Positions 13,819 to 29,300 of a stretch of DNA of 64,000 nucleotides are shown here, one piece after another. Source of the DNA: Harriotta raleighana (taxonomy: Eukaryota); NCBI GenBank assembly GCA_050575255.1, contig JBNZDD010013610.1:976366-1040365 (forward strand). The letters are read 5' to 3'. The notes beneath the pieces were generated by a model. The model did not search any database and was not told the origin of the DNA. It saw nothing but the letters and a program-made list of their open reading frames with translations. Position 1 is the stretch's first letter. Each line of letters starts with the position of its first letter. Position numbers and translations under genes: made by a program.

Positions 13819-14479
13819 CAGTAAAACCTTGTTTATCCGTGACTTGATGAACAGGAAAACCCGTTCAACCGCTATCTCAAAAAAATCCAGATTCGATGAA
13901 CGGAAGTTATGCAGCAGAATAGTGAAGACACATTTAATAAATGGATTCCCGCACGCGAGTATTGCTGCAGTTATATCGGCAGCCGCTAGTTGAGCCTAAA
14001 GTCGGGCTACTGACGTTTTTCTTAAAACTCGCAATCTACTGTTTTTTTTTAAATTGCCGTTTTCCCATTTTTTTTCCTCCGTTGGCAGCTATTGTAGAAG
14101 TTAAGTATAAATAATAAAGTACTCATACAATATTCTGTTAGTATTGTACCTGTTCTTACTATATTTAGTCTATTATTTATTTAGTATTGTTCAACATTTA
14201 CATGTGTAGGTGTACTCTCACTTCTCTCTCTGCAAGTCCAGCCTATTCAATCAATTCAAAATACCTCGCAAGAAGGCTTCACAGTAACCGACCGTGTCTT
14301 CCCCACACTGAGGGTTAGCGACACGTGGACGGCAGCTTCCTGTGTTTGCACAGGGTGGGAGCTAGTAATCTGTTATTACTATGTTAAAATAATTTTTAAT
14401 TTTTTTCTAAATTATTTTTTTTCTAATTTTTTAAAAACTGTTTAACCGCCATGGGTGTCGGATAAACAGGGTTTTACTG
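13819..14479. mobile_element. Non-autonomous Tc1/mariner (Tigger/pogo-like) DNA transposon, 661 bp
   Basis: 21-bp TIRs CAGTAAAACCTTGTTTATCCG (13819-13839) and CGGATAAACAGGGTTTTACTG (14459-14479), 1 mismatch; TA on both sides. Confidence 0.88.
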
Positions 14480-14708
14480 TACTTGGTTTTGGTCAGCTGG
14501 ATGTTGGGAAAATGCAGAAACCTTTCACCATGCTTAAGAGCATCCAAGCCACTCCAGTGGTTATACTCCATGTGAGTCTTCACCCATTCCTTTACTCCCT
14601 CCCATACTCTTCTATTCCCCAAACCCTGAGATTTAACTCTTGATATGGCATTGAATTCCTGAGCCTCTAACATCAGTGAGTGACGTGCTGCAGGCTTTGA
14701 TGTACTTA

Positions 14709-14831
<123 letters not shown>

Positions 14832-15492
14832 CTATATCTGCAAATCTTGAGATATGACGTTTCATCGCTCAAGGCACAAAAAATAATGACCAGTGTCTTT
14901 TCTGCAGTGAAATCAATTCTGCCACAAAGCTCATCACTCTCTGGGTTACATGTGGTGCCATTTTCAGACCTCACCAGAGGAGGATGGGATGGCAGATCAC
15001 ACCTGAACTGGTCAGGACATTGGGATTGATAACACTCACTGGGTTACAGTCAGTGGGAGTCAATTTTTCACTGTGGAATGCAATTGATTTACATAAATAC
15101 AACATAAGCCAAGTGATTCATCCAAATCAATTATACAGTTATGACGGACAAATGAACACATTGTGCTTTTCCGAACGTAAACCAGTTCTTCCGACTCAAG
15201 AACGTCATTATTCTCCGCAGTGAGAGTAAATTCTGGGTATTATTTTCATTTGTTTGGATAAAAAACAAGATTCCCTCCATTGCTGGTGACTAATAACCTT
15301 TCATTATTCATGATAATACACCAGGACACGATTATTCCTGGCCAGAAATCCTAGCTAGAGACACACGCACACACACTAAAATCACAATGGATAGGACTTG
15401 TAAGCCTAAAAGCAGAATACACAGGCTAAGAGAAGATGGAATTTCGGAAGGGCAGATGCGAAGTGGACCATTTTCAATGTGTTGCCTACTTA

Positions 15493-16289
<797 letters not shown>

Positions 16290-16633
16290 TTACAAACACG
16301 GAAATAAAATACACATTAGTTGCAGTCTTCCAGAGTCAAGCAAACCAAATTAACACCAAATTTAAATTAGACTTAAAAACTAGCCTTTCAGTATCAGCAA
16401 TGCAATTTTTATTCCCAGTGCCCGGTGAACTTTAAATTCAGTCAGGATGGATGAAACACTTTCATTTGTTTACTTGAGGTGCAAACGTTTCGTCCCAAAA
16501 ATATACAATCAATTCACTTTACAGTATATTCTGTGAAGCGCGTCGAGACGTCCGGAAGAAGTGATAAGGTGCTATACCAAAGGCAAGGAATATTATTATT
16601 AACTGCATTTTACCAGCCTTCGCAGCTCTTCTA

Positions 16634-16849
<216 letters not shown>

Positions 16850-18854
16850 TCAATTACCTGTTAATCAAAACCAAAACAACTTTGAAATATTCTCTTGTCA
16901 GAGCGACTCATAGAACCTCAAAACTGATGAACTAAAAGGGAACAGGAGGAGTTAGATCAAAGTTACAGAAAGCCGAGAGCCTCAGTACTGTACCAGAGGA
17001 TGACATGTAGGTCATGTATGTAGAAACACAAGACTGTAAGACCACCACAACTATGGTGAGCCTATGCCAAACACACCTCGACAAAACTCGAGAATAAATC
17101 CATTGGTAACCAATCCTTGTCCTTTAAGCACCCAGTTATCAAAATAGATAACACACAATCCACAGTATAACTAATTAAGTAAAGTTTCAATCTATATAAT
17201 CTTGGGACAACTAGTATGCTTTCACTGATGTTCGTCTTGGGAGCAATTACTGAGGTAACTTCTATAAGAGCACAATTGGCTTAGGGCTGTCCAATAGGGC
17301 AAGTTTTGTGTCCATTACTGCATCCTTGCATGGCTCTGTAAAGCTACAGCCAGTTCAATAAAACTCCAGCAAATTTGTAGCACCAAAGCATTACCATGGT
17401 GTACATTTGGAAATAAACAAATTCTTTAGCTTTCAGATAAGATCAACATTGCATTTGACCCAATGAAGCAGAATAGTAAAATGAAAAGATGATTTATAAA
17501 ACTGTGCAAAAGGAAAAATTCCAAGGGCATGTATTCGAGTACCTCAGTTAGAGTACAATAGTAGGCTGAGGTCTATAAAATATGATTAGAGAAAGGGACT
17601 TTGAATAAAAGAAAATGGATTTTACTTATTTTGATAGTGCAAGGCCAATCGCGGTGTACAGCATGATTGAATGAACAACCTACTCTACTCAAATACTGTC
17701 TTAACAGCGCAGGTAAACTTGAATTTATTCCATCTCAGCTCCTTTTGCTGAAAGTCACTGCCTTGGCTATTCAACGTACATAAATCTAGGGTGCCTTCAA
17801 AACTGCGAGGAGTTAACCTTAAACTGGGTACCATATAACGTGCCTGAACCGAGAATCTTTTAACCACAGAAATATTTTTGCTGTAAAAAAAAACTGAAGC
17901 CTTCCTTCAGTTGTTAATATTTAATGATTGCCTCCCTAATTGTTTTGAAGTTTTACCAGATTGCAGTCATTGACGACCATCAATCAAATTAGTGAGCCGT
18001 AAAGAGTTTTGCAAGTTAACCATTTCAATACCAAGAGAATTTATTTGTTCAGTGAAACAGATAGGTCTGCCTTCCACTAATGCTTCTTAGACCACAGCCA
18101 CCGAGTTAATGACTCCTGCACCGATTCCTCTGTCGTGTTAATTCCTTTGCTGTCATTATAGAATCGCATGAGCGAATGTGACACCGATTTTTTTCTAAAA
18201 AAATCGGACACGNAGTTAATGACTCCTGCACCGATTCCTCTGTCGTGTTAATTCCTTTGCTGTAATTATAGAATCGCATGAGCGAATGTGACACCGATTT
18301 TTTTTTTTAAATCGGACACACATTAGCTCCGCGTTTCAACACTTCTTTTTGCTGAGTTTGTTCCTGAGCTAAACCCTATGTGTGGATTGAGCTGAAGATC
18401 ATTTGTCATATATTTTATGTTTGGTCATTCGTCACTCCAAAAAAACTGTTTATGGTTGCTAAGGAGCAACTTCAATGGCGCATCAATTTGTCTGCATCTC
18501 TCGCGAGATATTACAGGCCACAGCAATAATCTGGGTGAAAGTTTTGAAATCAAGAGAAAGAGCATATCGGAGACTTTTAAAGAGGAATTAACCCCAATTG
18601 TGATCTGACAATGCAGACCATAGGATTTTAAAATGTAACTGTGCACTGGCCTTTTGACAACTGGAGTTTCTCCAATGGAATTGCAAACAATATGTCAATT
18701 TAGCCCTTTATTGGTAAGAGATCTGGAAAATACTCATTGTAATTAAAAGATAGGATTTCCGACAAACCGCAAAATCTCTCCTATTGATGGATCATCATGA
18801 TTTCCATCATAGACAACACTCCCCCAAACTAAGGACATACACCACTGTTGATAG

Positions 18855-19250
18855 TCTAGGCTGACACTCCCAATTCAATGCTGCGGGGTGTTGGGGGGGG
18901 TTTGTGTTGAACTGGTGGTGCATTGTTAAGGAGGTGCTGTCCTTCAAATAAGATGTTAAACCTTGTGCAACAATTTGTCAAAGTTCCGGCTGCCTATTGA
19001 GGTGAACATTAAAGATCCTGAACACTGCTTAAAGATAAGGGAGTTTCGCCTGGTGCCCTGGCTCACAATCCTCTCGATCGAATTGAGTTTGTCATTCACT
19101 TTGTGGCTGTTTATTTGTGTGGGACATTTACTGTGTGCACTTTGACTGTATTCATGCACCCTACATTTTACAGTAAACCCTGTGAAGCACTTTTGCAGAT
19201 TTGGATGATGTTATAAATGGTACATTAAATGCAAAAATTCTATTATTATG
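18855..19250 (+). mobile_element. Old Deu-domain-type SINE, 5' truncated
   Basis: GGTGCATTGTT...GGTGCTGTCCTTC...GATGTTAAACC...TTAAAGATCC core and L2-like tail; similar to 20780-21250. Confidence 0.6.
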
Positions 19251-20779
19251 AACATTGCTGGACTTGATGCTGGGAACAGTACTGCACTATAGGGAGATCC
19301 CATTCTCCCTAGAATTGTCACTGGCCTATACCATGTCTGGCCTAAGAATACTTGCTAATGTTATTATAAACAGAGAGCAGGATTCTACTCTCTAACTATA
19401 ATGAGGATTTGGAATTTGAAGTTTTGGCCAGTTACCAATGTATCTGTTCATTTTCCAGGTTCAGTTCAGTGGGATTGCAGCCAGCAGCAAACTCCATTTC
19501 AGTAACTTTAAACACTAACAGCCGTGATTCAGTTTCCCACCGGGCACAACCTTTACTCCCACATGACCACAATTTTAACTCCCTGTTGCCAATGATTTCA
19601 TTCTCCCAAATGGCTGCGGCTTTGAATTTCTGTTGAACTAGGCATTGCAAGCTGCAACCTTGCTCTCATGCTTGAGTATTGCACAGTGTGGGTTCACTCT
19701 CATCTACTTGTGTCTACAAGCCTCATAGATACAGGAGGTGCTGGTGCTCTCATTCACAACACTGTTAATAATATTTCTCAAACCAAAAGAGAACAGTATT
19801 TCCTTTGCAATCATACGTTAGCCAGAGAGTGCAATTAGAGTAACAGTTACTATATGGATTTAGAACATCCCGTGGTAATAAACTGATTCTGTAACTAACT
19901 TGAATTGAGAGTTTTAGGCCTCCCATACATGCGTGAGATGAAGGAACATCACTTCCTGAACTGAAATGGGAAACAAAGATTTCAGAATTACAGTAGAGAG
20001 AGAGACCAAGCTGTCTATCAAGCCTTTTCTGGTACTACTTCCTCTTCTGTGAGCCAACTCTGATCCCAATACCTGCACTTAGTGCAGTTGTAGATGAACA
20101 AAGCACATGATTGTGACTCTGCGAACCATAGCCGGATTTGAGATTAATTTTATAATCCCCAAATTATAACCCTTTGGACAAATAGTAGAATTGCATACTA
20201 CATACACATTCGCATATCTCTGGCAGTTTGAAGGGATAATAAGAGCCATTCTATTGAATAAACAGAAGACAAATGTAAAACAGGTGCCAGTCTTCGTAGG
20301 CGGATTCACAGTGTCTGCTTCCAATTAACTTTCCACTTTATGATGGTTTAGGTTGAACAGACGAGTTACATCTCAACCAGAAATGGCTGTTGATGACACT
20401 TTTAAAACAGCCTAACTTAATTGTTATATATAAGCAAAAGGAAAGAAGCCTTCTTTTTGGGGGTATATGGTCAATCTATTTTGGGGTCAGCAGCACTCTC
20501 GAGATTGTGGTACTGATTGTTTTAGCACTTGAAATAAATCAAGATTCCCGAGATGTAATTGCTGTGAAGCATCTATTTATAAACCACATGCATTTGTGCT
20601 TTGCTCTGCACATGGAAATTTACCGGATCTATTTTACAGAGGCCAAAAAAAAGCATAAGTTTTAGAATCAAAAATTATAATACTGGTTCGTCAGCCGATC
20701 AAAGATCCACCTGATTTCATCTAATCCCAATTCCCTGTTTTTTGCCTGTACCCTTTTATGTTGTAATCTCTTCAAAGAT

Positions 20780-21250
20780 AGGTGTCAACCTGGCTCAGTT
20801 CGTAGTCTCTTGTCTTTCCAGTTGTGGGTTCAAGTCCCACATTGGAACCTTGAACTTGTATCGTCTGTGCCAACATCAATGCAGTGTTAAGATATGTGCT
20901 GCATTGTTGGGAGATGTCGTCCTTCAGATGAGAAGCTAAACTGAGGCCCTCTGTGTGTGCCAGTTCAGTTAAAAGATCTTTGTTAAAAGATCTCACGGCA
21001 CAACGAGGAAGGAGTTTCCCCCAGTGTGCTAGTCAATGAGAACCCCCACCCACATGAAATTGGTCATTGACTTCATGGCTGTTTGTTTGTGGAACGTTGC
21101 TGTGTGCAAATTGGCTGCCACATACATTCAAGTATGCAAAGCCTTCAAAGTATAAAGTCACCACACTTTACAGTATATCCTGTGAAATGCTTTGAGATGT
21201 TATCCTGACATGAAAGGCGCATTTCAAAAGCCAAGGATTGTTATTGTTAA
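20780..21250 (+). mobile_element. Deu-domain-type SINE (SacSINE1/AmnSINE-like), near full length
   Basis: A-box-like TGGCTCAGTT, B-box GGGTTCAAGTCC, core GTGCTGCATTGTTGGGAGATGTCGTCCTTCAGATGAGA..AAACTGAGGCCC, tail TGTGAAATGCTTTGAGATG...TGAAAGGCGC. Confidence 0.65.
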
Positions 21251-21629
21251 ATACCAATCACCTTCTTATTATCGTATTAGCTCAGGCAATTCACTATTGA
21301 TAACAGTGGACAACAGCTTCTCATGTAAAAACAACAGGGAACTTTTTAGCTGAAATAAAGTTCATGGCAACATCTGGACTCGTTTGTGCAGAAATATCAT
21401 TATTTGGTTGGGAGGTCAAATGTCAGCTCAATGGCATTTAGACAGTAATAAATCCAACTTGCACAAATGCCATTGGCTTGTGAATATGTATGCGGACAGC
21501 TAATCTCTTACTGTATCTCCGTCTATTAATACACCATGGGCATGTTCAGTTTAAAGGGCCTTGGCAGATGTTATAAGGGAGAAAAGGGGAAATGGTACAA
21601 ATAAAGAGTGCAAAGCAGAGCAGACCATA

Positions 21630-21802
21630 AATTATTTTAAAGAGGAATTCGATAGATACTTGAAAGGGATGTGAAAGGTTGAGAGGAAGAGAATGAGCCT
21701 GGAGAAGAGATAGTGATTAGATTGGGTGGCGCATGTGGAGGAAATTCCAGCACAAACCTGATGAGTTCACACAAACCTTTTCACTGATGTATTATTCTAT
21801 GA
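21630..21802 (+). mobile_element. Decayed CR1-type LINE 3' end
   Basis: TTTAAAGAGGAATTCGATAGATACTTG...ATTCTATGA, similar to 55512-55650. Confidence 0.45.
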
Positions 21803-24090
21803 GTCACTGGACAAAAGGATATTGATATTTCGCCCCATACCTCAAAAATATCAGTAAGCTTATCATCCAATGAAATTTCTATGCAAACAAGAGCAAACCT
21901 TTTTACTGTGGTGAGGCAGGAAGTGGGCAGAAGACACAAAATCACCTGGAAATTTACCTGAATGTTTAATCAGATTATTTTCTTCTAATCACTCCCAACC
22001 ATTACTTATTTTGGAGGCAGTTATATTAGTGATAGTTTAACCAAATAAACCACAGCTCAACACTTTGTTTCTCAGGTTCATTTGTGTACTGCTTTAGATT
22101 TATTTTTGAGGGGTGGGAAGGTAGGGGTTTAAAATCTACACTGCCCATAGGTACTTCAATGCAATTAGTAAGTGCACTTGCATCGATGGGTTAGAACTTT
22201 ATATATCTGCGATTAAACACAAATGATAGTGCTGTTATGAATTAGTAAATAATTGGCTTCATAAAATACGATCAGTGCAAAAGAAATCTAAGGGATTTTA
22301 GGTTGAAATTGAATGGGACTCGGGTGCATATATGACTCAAGCAATTTTATGATTTATAAAAGTAAGATTTATGATAGTTTTAGTGTCATCTTAAAATGCA
22401 GAATTGACTTTGTGGCAACTCGCTGCTTTGAAAAGTTGAAATAAAGATGTGAAAATCCAAGCAAAGAATGAATGGCAATAGAGAGCGAGTTGACCTTGAT
22501 CTCTCATTCTTCCAGCCCTTCCCCAGCCTGGCAACCTAGGCCAAGACCCAATTCTGCACACATCAGTGCTTTAATCATATTACAGTGAAAGCAGTCTCAA
22601 CATTTCCTTGCTTTATGGGGGCTCATATTTTACGAATCCGCAGAAGCTTTCACATCAAGACCAAAATTTCCCTGTGCTACACAACTGTTCCTTTTCTCAG
22701 CCTGGTCTCTCAGTATGATTTTGTACTTGTGTACCTACTCTATCAACACTCACATCCCAGCCCTCTAGAACTCAATCCTGGAGTCCCTCTGTCTCATCCC
22801 TTCTCTCCCCAGCTTTGAAGCCCCCCTCAAAACCAATCTGGTCAATCGCACTTCTAGTAAGTTCTCTCTTCGAGTACCAGATGTATAAATGAAAGCCCTT
22901 TGAAATGTCCACCCAACATGAAAGACACTATACAAATGCGAGGATCATTATTAATATTAAGTCTATTCATGTTAGCTTTGTACCACAGGGAGCTGCAGAA
23001 TCGAGTCACACAGATATTGAATAAAGCTGCTTCTGCATTGCCATGACAGTATTCCTTAATCCCACCCTTAGGAAAATGCCCCTGACCTCTCTCTGAGTAA
23101 GTCTGCCAAATTCCTAATGATTTAATGTCTCAAATTCTGTGTTCCAAAATCCAAACTTTTTTTTTGTCAGGACGTTTTTCCCCCACCATTGAGACCTTTT
23201 GAACCCTTGTCATTCCGTTGTTGTTTTCTGAAGCAAACTGTGCCAAAGTCCCAAAATGTCTGCCAATCCCTGCACAAACAGGCAAACAGAAGTGGAGCTG
23301 TGCTGAAATCACACAGTTAACTGCAGGATTTTCCAATTTCTACAACTCAAGTAATCTGTGGTCAAAGTCCTACTTAACATACATAAAACGGCAAATGAAA
23401 TCCTTCCATTTTTACAGATGTGCTTTTACTCCCCGCAGTGCCAAAGCAAATGAGAGAAGGATTCCATCAGATATCTTACACTAAGTCAATTGCCAAACTG
23501 TGAACCAAAAACAACTAAATGTATTCGCTGGGCTGCAAATACTGCCAACCTCAACAAAAACAATTGGGAAATGAAATCTTTGGCTTCTTGGGCTTTACTT
23601 CCAGTCTCTTCCAGTAACCCAAGTCCCACAAATCAACAAACTGACCCCTTCTCCGGCTCCATTTCCTTTGTTAACAATGATATGTAAGAGATTTAAGCAA
23701 CCTTACGTCATAGTTATTTCAGGCAAGCGTAAACTGAGGCACGCATAAACTACACAGATAAACATTCACATTTCGCATAGTCAGCTTTCTTTCCCCACAC
23801 TCCTCCCTTTCCCCCTCCCCTCCCGTTTCCCCTCACCACCCTCGTATTGTTTTCTTCCCCTTTCACACAAGCTAGTTCCACGAAGAGACAAAACCAGCAA
23901 ATAAACGGTTATCAGCAATAACACAGGAGTTCCAACTTTTTAAATAATTTGATTCAAAAGACACAAAGGATCAAAGCGTAACTTTCTGAGTCTGTTGGAT
24001 ATTTTGCTGAGGAGTGTGTGTGTTAAAAAAAAAGGCTCAGACATTGTTCCCTGCTCAGTGTGCAAGACCTGTCTTGTGCAGAACAGCTCA

Positions 24091-24264
<174 letters not shown>

Positions 24265-24320
24265 TTAGCAAAATTCACCTGCGTACATCTTGTGCACACA
24301 CTTACACATGAATGTAAGCT

Positions 24321-24324
<4 letters not shown>

Positions 24325-24356
<32 letters not shown>
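24325..24356. repeat. (CA)16 microsatellite in intron 6
   Basis: Directly visible perfect repeat. Confidence 0.95.
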
Positions 24357-24358
<2 letters not shown>

Positions 24359-24371
24359 GAGGAAAGAATCA

Positions 24372-24485
<114 letters not shown>

Positions 24486-24963
24486 TCAAGTTTGAAATGG
24501 TTCAACAGCTTACGAGTCGGGCATTAATTTACAATAACCATAATATCAAACAGCAATGAGGGTAGTTGCATTTGAGAGCAGGTTTATATCTCCCACCCCC
24601 ACCGCCTCCCCATCTCTGTGACAGCACCAACTTCAATGAGCTAGAGGAGACGGCAATAAGTAATGGTTAGTAAGTGGTAATCGGTCTAAATCTGTTTTTT
24701 TACATTAACTTCTTTGGCCACGGGTGTGGTGAACTCCCCCCCTTTCCCCACCCCTCCTTTCCTTGTTCGGCATCCAACCTTCTTATTGTGTAGCGCTCCA
24801 AGATGTCATCCTCCGTGACAGGCGTTGTACCAAATGTAAGTTGTCATCACGGTAATCACGTGTTGAAAATACTCCTAAGTGTCCACTAACCCCCAAGCCA
24901 TACAGATCCTAATGGAGATCCAAGGTGAGTTCCGAAGGTCAGGCTACAGGTTCAGAAACTTAC

Positions 24964-25005
24964 CACAATGATATTCTCGTGGTCTTGAGTGGTTAGGTTT
25001 AGGTT
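24964..25005 (-). CDS. CMIP: CMIP exon 5 (42 nt; NLNLTTQDHENIIV)
   Basis: tttcag acceptor, GTG|gtaagt donor. Confidence 0.95.
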
Positions 25006-25200
25006 CTGAAAACGGAGAGGAGAGAAAAAAGTTCAACGATGCAAATGAAGAGTTTAATTCCCTGCTCTCTATTGGTAAACGGTTCTGGTTCCACAGCACA
25101 GAGGGTTATATGGTCTCCCAACTGTCAAGCAAACAATTGATTGGTCTAATGTAAATTGTTTGCTTATTTCATCATCTCTCTCCAAATGATTGCATGAGAA

Positions 25201-25372
25201 AGACTTGAAGGATTATCAAAGGATAGAGTTTGCTGTGAGATATCCTCTATCCTGTCATTGATTGTCCCCTGCTCTCAAGTGTGAGGCCCAGTAGACCTGA
25301 ATGATTATCAACGCATGGAGTTTGCTGTGAGATATCCTCATTCTTGTTGCTGATTGTCCCCTGCTCTATGTG
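25201..25372. repeat. Diverged tandem duplication, 92-bp period
   Basis: GAGTTTGCTGTGAGATATCCTC and TGATTGTCCCCTGCTCT each occur twice, 92 bp apart. Confidence 0.85.
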
Positions 25373-25974
25373 CAGGAACTGTCTTGCAGTCGATAGACCA
25401 GTTTTAAAACAGCCTTGAATTACTGCCAGCCTGTACCCCACCTACTTACACAGTGGGACCGAGCCCAAAGTGCTGGCAGTGCAATGCAACTAACTAATCA
25501 AACTCCAACTCAGACATTCCCAACTCTCTCACTGCATACTTTAATCTTCTTCGGTTCGAGACTTTCCTCTCCCATACCCCCGCCCTCCAACCCCAGATGT
25601 GTAAGACCAGCGGTTTGAAAGACTGTTTTTCCCAGCCGTGTCGGGGGTGGGAGGAGGAGGAAGAATGGCAAGAGGGAAAGTTTCATGAAAAACGCTGATG
25701 CTTTTCAACCTGGCAGTTGTAATTCAACATTCACTACAATTCAATTAATATATAAACACACAGTCAAATATTACATTTTGCAGTACATCCCATGACGCCA
25801 TTTGAGATGTCTCGACGACGTGAAAGGTACCATATTAAGTGTAAGGATTATTATTATTAATATATATATTACTCTGAAACAGGATTATCTGGTTCTTCAT
25901 AGGTCTCCGCCTCATGTTAGTCTGCTTCGTCATTAGTTTCCCTTCGACAAATAAAACTATATGTAGAGGGTTTA

Positions 25975-26319
<345 letters not shown>

Positions 26320-29300
26320 TTACTTGGCAAGCAATTTGCGTTTAAGGAAGCAGACCTTAAAGGGGAGAGACATTGAACAAATATTTTTCTTTCGTATCTT
26401 TAAATGCTCCTGAGATGCTACCTCAAGTGATGGGCGCAATGTAAACGCGATTTGTTGTTGTTTTCATCATCACTGCCACAATTTACATCATTTTGTTGGC
26501 ATTCACCATGAAAAGCAAAGATTGCACGATGCCCTTTCCATGATTCGATGATGTCCCTCTCAGCGCCTCGGGACGTTCTCCCGACGTGAAAGGCGCTCTA
26601 CAAATGGAATTTTATTGTTGTTGCTAAAACGATCAAACTGGCCCCATTTGCAAAGACATCCACAGCTTTCTGAAAGTCCATTCCCTGCGCATGAAACTTG
26701 CGGAAACTCTTTAGATAAGTCCTTGTGACTGATGCATAAGCTGTAAAACCTCAAAGGCACCCCAGCAAAGGATACAAGGCGTAACCTGGTACCATTACAT
26801 TACACTGGAGAACTGTAAACTAAACACAGTGATTGTGCTTAATCAGTAAGAGGCTGCAACTGGTTAATAACAGCCCTGAGAGATATCCAGCTGGTCTCTG
26901 TTAAAGGGGAACTAAATCATAATTGGAAAAAAATGATACAAAACAGGAACCTACTGAGCAGTGCAGCAACAGTAATGGCAGAGATCTCAGGTTATAAAAC
27001 TGTCTCTCTCACTCTCCCTTTCAGGGAGGCCATAACTGTGTTTCCTTCCTAACGGAGGAATTCGACCAGAAAAGGCCGCAACTCTCAACAGTTTATAAAT
27101 AAAACTCCTCAAAAATGATTATTCTCAGTCATATTTTAATCGGGATCCGATTTGACAAGGTTAAGAGTCGGATGACAGGTGAACCCAGATACAGTACATG
27201 TTTTTGCGACTGTGTGCTTTGAAAACCGTTTCAGAAGCCAAAGAACAAAGACTAACATGCACAGCAATGTGAAGGCAGCATTGTGACTCGCTGGACAGGG
27301 ACTGCTAAGTTTATACAACAGGAGCCAACAGAAACATGCATGTAATATTGATCACTTTCCCCTTGTGATGTATGGAGGGCACCACTGTGAATGGAAGCAA
27401 ATCCTGACATTTGACACACCCACAGAGTGAGCAAACAAAGTGAACTATGCATTATTGGAATTGAACGGTGAATTGGAGGCGGATTTATTCATATCTTGAG
27501 TTAGTTTTGGATTACATTCAGAACAAGGGGAACTATCTGTCTAGAAACGAATTAGCAACTTTTTAATGTGTGAATGTGTGTGTCTGCAGCTTTGAAATAT
27601 TTTGACCGTCTTGCAATTTGCAAACCATTTATCTTTTTGTGATAGGAGACCAAGTTGAACTGGATGGTAGCCAACAGTTTAAACATGAATTAAGGATGAG
27701 TTCTGTTCAGAATAAACCCCTGTTTACCGAGTGCTTAACAATGGCCATTTCAATGGGGCCCACAGAAAGAGGCCAGGAACAAAACTGACGCACTTGGCTT
27801 TGAAAACCCTTCCAAAGGCAGCTTTTGTATTGCCTTCTACTGTTTGGGACGCATAGAGACAATGTTTCTTTGGCAAGCTTTGGCAATAGCTTTACTGACT
27901 ATGCCCATTAGATTCCATGGCTAAATAGCCCTGTATAGATTTTCAGAGTCAAACTCACACCCAGTAAGGAACACCACACAGAGGCCTGGCCTCACCCGGC
28001 ACAAAACAATTGCCCTTGCGCCATTTGGATTTAATTCCCATGGAACAAATGTGTGGGCGCAAGGGGAAACTGCAACCAATCAATCCGGGTCCACGTGATC
28101 CGAAGGAAGGCAATTTGATTTCGAACCAAGCACCGACTTGTACCTGGGAATGTGTCCAAAGAAAAACAAAAACACACAAAATGGCATTCCAAATTCCTGT
28201 AGAGGAGAATAATGGATGGTTTTGTGAAAGAGAAAATGAGAAATGTCCATTATGTGGCAGCTTTTGATCCAATTTTTGGAAGGCGTTGGGTGGGGGGATT
28301 TCAGGTGCGCGGTTCATACGAATGCCTTTGCAAAGTGGAACTGTGCAGCAGGCTGCTATTCATATCACAGGAGAATTAAGTCTGAGCTGAGTTGAGAGTC
28401 ACCCCCACCAATGACTAACCCAATTCCACTGGGAAAAATAAGTGAAAGGTTTGTATTAAATTAGTAACAAAGAAACAGGACACTCACTACATGATTAAAT
28501 GTATTTTTTTAAGAAATGACTGAGTTGGAAGGTGGGGACCAATGGAGGATAGCAACAGGGATTAACTGCTCTCAGTTCTTATTGTTTTGGAAGATCCCCA
28601 AAACTAAGTCGCAGCCAAACAATTTACGAGCTATCCATGCTCTGAGAAAAATGCATTTGGCACCTCCTCTGGTGAAGCCTTGGCCCAGCATGAAGCTGAG
28701 TCCTGTAAAGTGGAGACAGAGATCAAGCGAATCATTCTAAATGGGACATGAAAAAAGAAAACTTTAAGGGATGTGGGGAAATGTCTGCGTTTCTGAGTTT
28801 GTCTGGGTTGTCAGTTCTACAACCGGTTCAGCATCCTAAGGGAAGGGCAAGGGGCAAAGCAATCAGTGCTCATGATCAATGACCTCTATTGTGAAATGCA
28901 AATGTGTCACTATCAGGCTAGAACAGAGTTGTAAAATCTCACTGAGATTAAGTTGCGTTAAGGTCTGGTTTCAATGCCTTTCACCTGTTCTGCCTGTTCA
29001 TTTGACAAGACTATATGCTTTCAGGGTGTTTAGAAGACAGGCTCAATAAAGTCATACATACACACGGCTTCCAAACCCACAGACAAGAACCAAAAGCTTT
29101 GCGCACATTTGGAGAATCGTGAGAAAAATAAGCAATCATAATTTTTTGTAAAATATGGGTCTCAAGGCAGGCCACAAGAGCCAACGCTGCTCACAATGTG
29201 GATAAATATCTTTCCATTATTTTCCACAACCGTGTGTTGTTCCTCATCAATGGCCTTATAAATTGCTTTGCTTCAATAATGAGCCTTACCTTCGCATTTG

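Noticed and set aside
18104-18320. CRISPR-like or satellite repeat
   Set aside because: Eukaryotic intron with only two copies split by an N; best explained as an assembly overlap.
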